A stretch of 64,000 bases of DNA, taken from sequence record MK250027.1, one strand, 5' to 3'. Under the pieces are notes generated by a model. It did no database searches and was not told the origin of the DNA. It saw nothing but the letters and a program-made list of their open reading frames with translations. Positions 62,893 through 64,000 of this stretch are shown one piece after another; the stretch's first letter is position 1, and each line of letters begins with the position of its first letter. Position numbers and translations under genes: made by a program.

Positions 62893-62921
62893 ATTATATA
62901 TGTTTTTTATTAATTTGTTTA
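62893..62921 (-). promoter_or_regulatory. Class II promoter TAAACA-N17-TATAAT
   Basis: Upstream of uvsX(N). Confidence 0.6.
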
Positions 62922-62987
62922 GAAAATAATAGCATCTAAAATTAATTTCTAATCTTAGATGCTATCTTATATTTAAGCTATAATAAA

Positions 62988-64000
62988 TTACATAATACCT
63001 CCAAGAACATCATCAAGACTCATTCCTGCTGCTGGATTTGTAGGAGCTGATGGAGCTGGTGCACCTGCATTCAAAATAGAATCAAGTTCTCCTGTACCTA
63101 CACCAGGAATATTAGCAGCATTAAAACCACCAGGAGTTGTCTGATTCATTGATGTAGCATCACTACCCATTTCAAGACCTGTTGCTGGTGCAGATGGAAT
63201 AGGATTTGCCGGAATTCCTGGACTTACCTGCGGTTGCATAGCTGGTTGCATATAAGGATTTGCTGTAGACATTGCTGCTGGTTGCATACCGGTTGCAGCT
63301 TGCATTGAAGCCTGAGGATTTGTATAAATCTTAATACATGAATTAACAAAATTAGTTGTTTCCTGTGTCCATGCATGATACTCATAAGGTTCAAGTGAAG
63401 GACAATTCTCCTTAAGATATGTAAGAATTGTAGGTTTAATATCTGGATTTGATTCAATTACTTGCTGAGTAATTGGTTGCCATGTCTCCTGACCTTGTGC
63501 ATTCTTAACCTGAATACGAAGAGCGCCATCTGCTGGTTGAAGATCAATAAACTGTGAATCATCAAAGTTATTGAAATTAGACACCAACTTACACTTTACA
63601 TAAAATGGACGTCCAACAAACATATTAAATGGATTTCTTGGAGTTCCCATAGGTGGATTCATCTCATTGTAAATCTTCTCATGAATCTTGATACCATAAC
63701 GCCATACAAGAATCTTACCTACCAACTGAGGTTCTGACTTACATGAAAGAATCTGTACAAGTGAAGCATAACGCTGACGACGTGAAAAATGCTTTGAATT
63801 TTCTTTAAGAACAGGATTCTCACTATTACGAAGTGCAAAGAATGTATCCTGTAGAATATCTGGTTGACCAATTGTAGATGGACAATCAACTTCCATCTGT
63901 GCATTTGTCAAAGGATTCTTAAGGAATACTGTATTCTTAGAAACGATAGATTTATTTGAAGGATCCTCTGGATTTGGAATAAAGCGAATTACTGCATCAT
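62988..64000 (-). CDS. Single-stranded DNA-binding protein, T4 gp32-like (5' end outside window)
   Basis: AVIRFIPNP...VDCPSTIG...RRQRYASLVQI...GKILVWRYGIKI...NFNNFDDSQF; acidic/hydrophobic tail LDDVLGGIM. Confidence 0.85.
   Translation of the reverse strand, partial: DAVIRFIPNPEDPSNKSIVSKNTVFLKNPLTNAQMEVDCPSTIGQPDILQDTFFALRNSENPVLKENSKHFSRRQRYASLVQILSCKSEPQLVGKILVWRYGIKIHEKIYNEMNPPMGTPRNPFNMFVGRPFYVKCKLVSNFNNFDDSQFIDLQPADGALRIQVKNAQGQETWQPITQQVIESNPDIKPTILTYLKENCPSLEPYEYHAWTQETTNFVNSCIKIYTNPQASMQAATGMQPAAMSTANPYMQPAMQPQVSPGIPANPIPSAPATGLEMGSDATSMNQTTPGGFNAANIPGVGTGELDSILNAGAPAPSAPTNPAAGMSLDDVLGGIM

Noticed and set aside
7081-62960. Many long perfect inverted repeats as a MITE/REP family or CRISPR
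   Set aside because: Sequences differ from each other and sit at gene 3' ends with A/T tails, as intrinsic terminators do. No spaced direct-repeat array or cas genes seen; the RuvC protein is paired with tnpA, not an array.
41940-64000. Short overlapping track ORFs (e.g. 43411..43722, 51039..51287, 53317..53544, 56242..56529, 62545..62769, 63224..63457)
   Set aside because: Fully nested in or antisense to well-supported genes.

Overview
AT-rich (roughly 25% GC by eye) segment of a T4-like jumbo/megaphage, most consistent with a Lak-like phage of a Bacteroidota (Prevotella/Segatella-type) host. It uses an alternative genetic code: TAG is read through, and conserved motifs place it at Gln (code 15). 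Many fragments in the supplied code-11 ORF track therefore join into single genes, and several genes are missing from the track. Content: a tape-measure-like protein; prohead protease with an acidic extension; a family B DNA polymerase in three genes; a RecA/UvsX in two genes; gp32-like SSB; PNKP; two ClpP; IF-1; thioredoxin; HD, PTP, ART-like, PRTase-like, DUF285 and DUF1566 proteins; a fully recoded IS607-type tnpA/tnpB element; a cluster of Vsr-like homing endonucleases; and many small hypotheticals. Highlights: (1) two long structured non-coding loci (about 0.8 and 1.1 kb, minus strand) that share a 5' sequence module, each with dual promoters, an rRNA-type boxA and its own terminator, i.e. 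a candidate pair of paralogous large ornate RNAs (GOLLD/ROOL class or new); (2) two naturally split inteins, in PolB and RecA, separated by free-standing endonucleases and showing opposite charge polarity; (3) two promoter classes, with TAG absent from host-promoter genes but placed at codons 3-7 of several middle genes. All calls come from manual reading; no database search was run.
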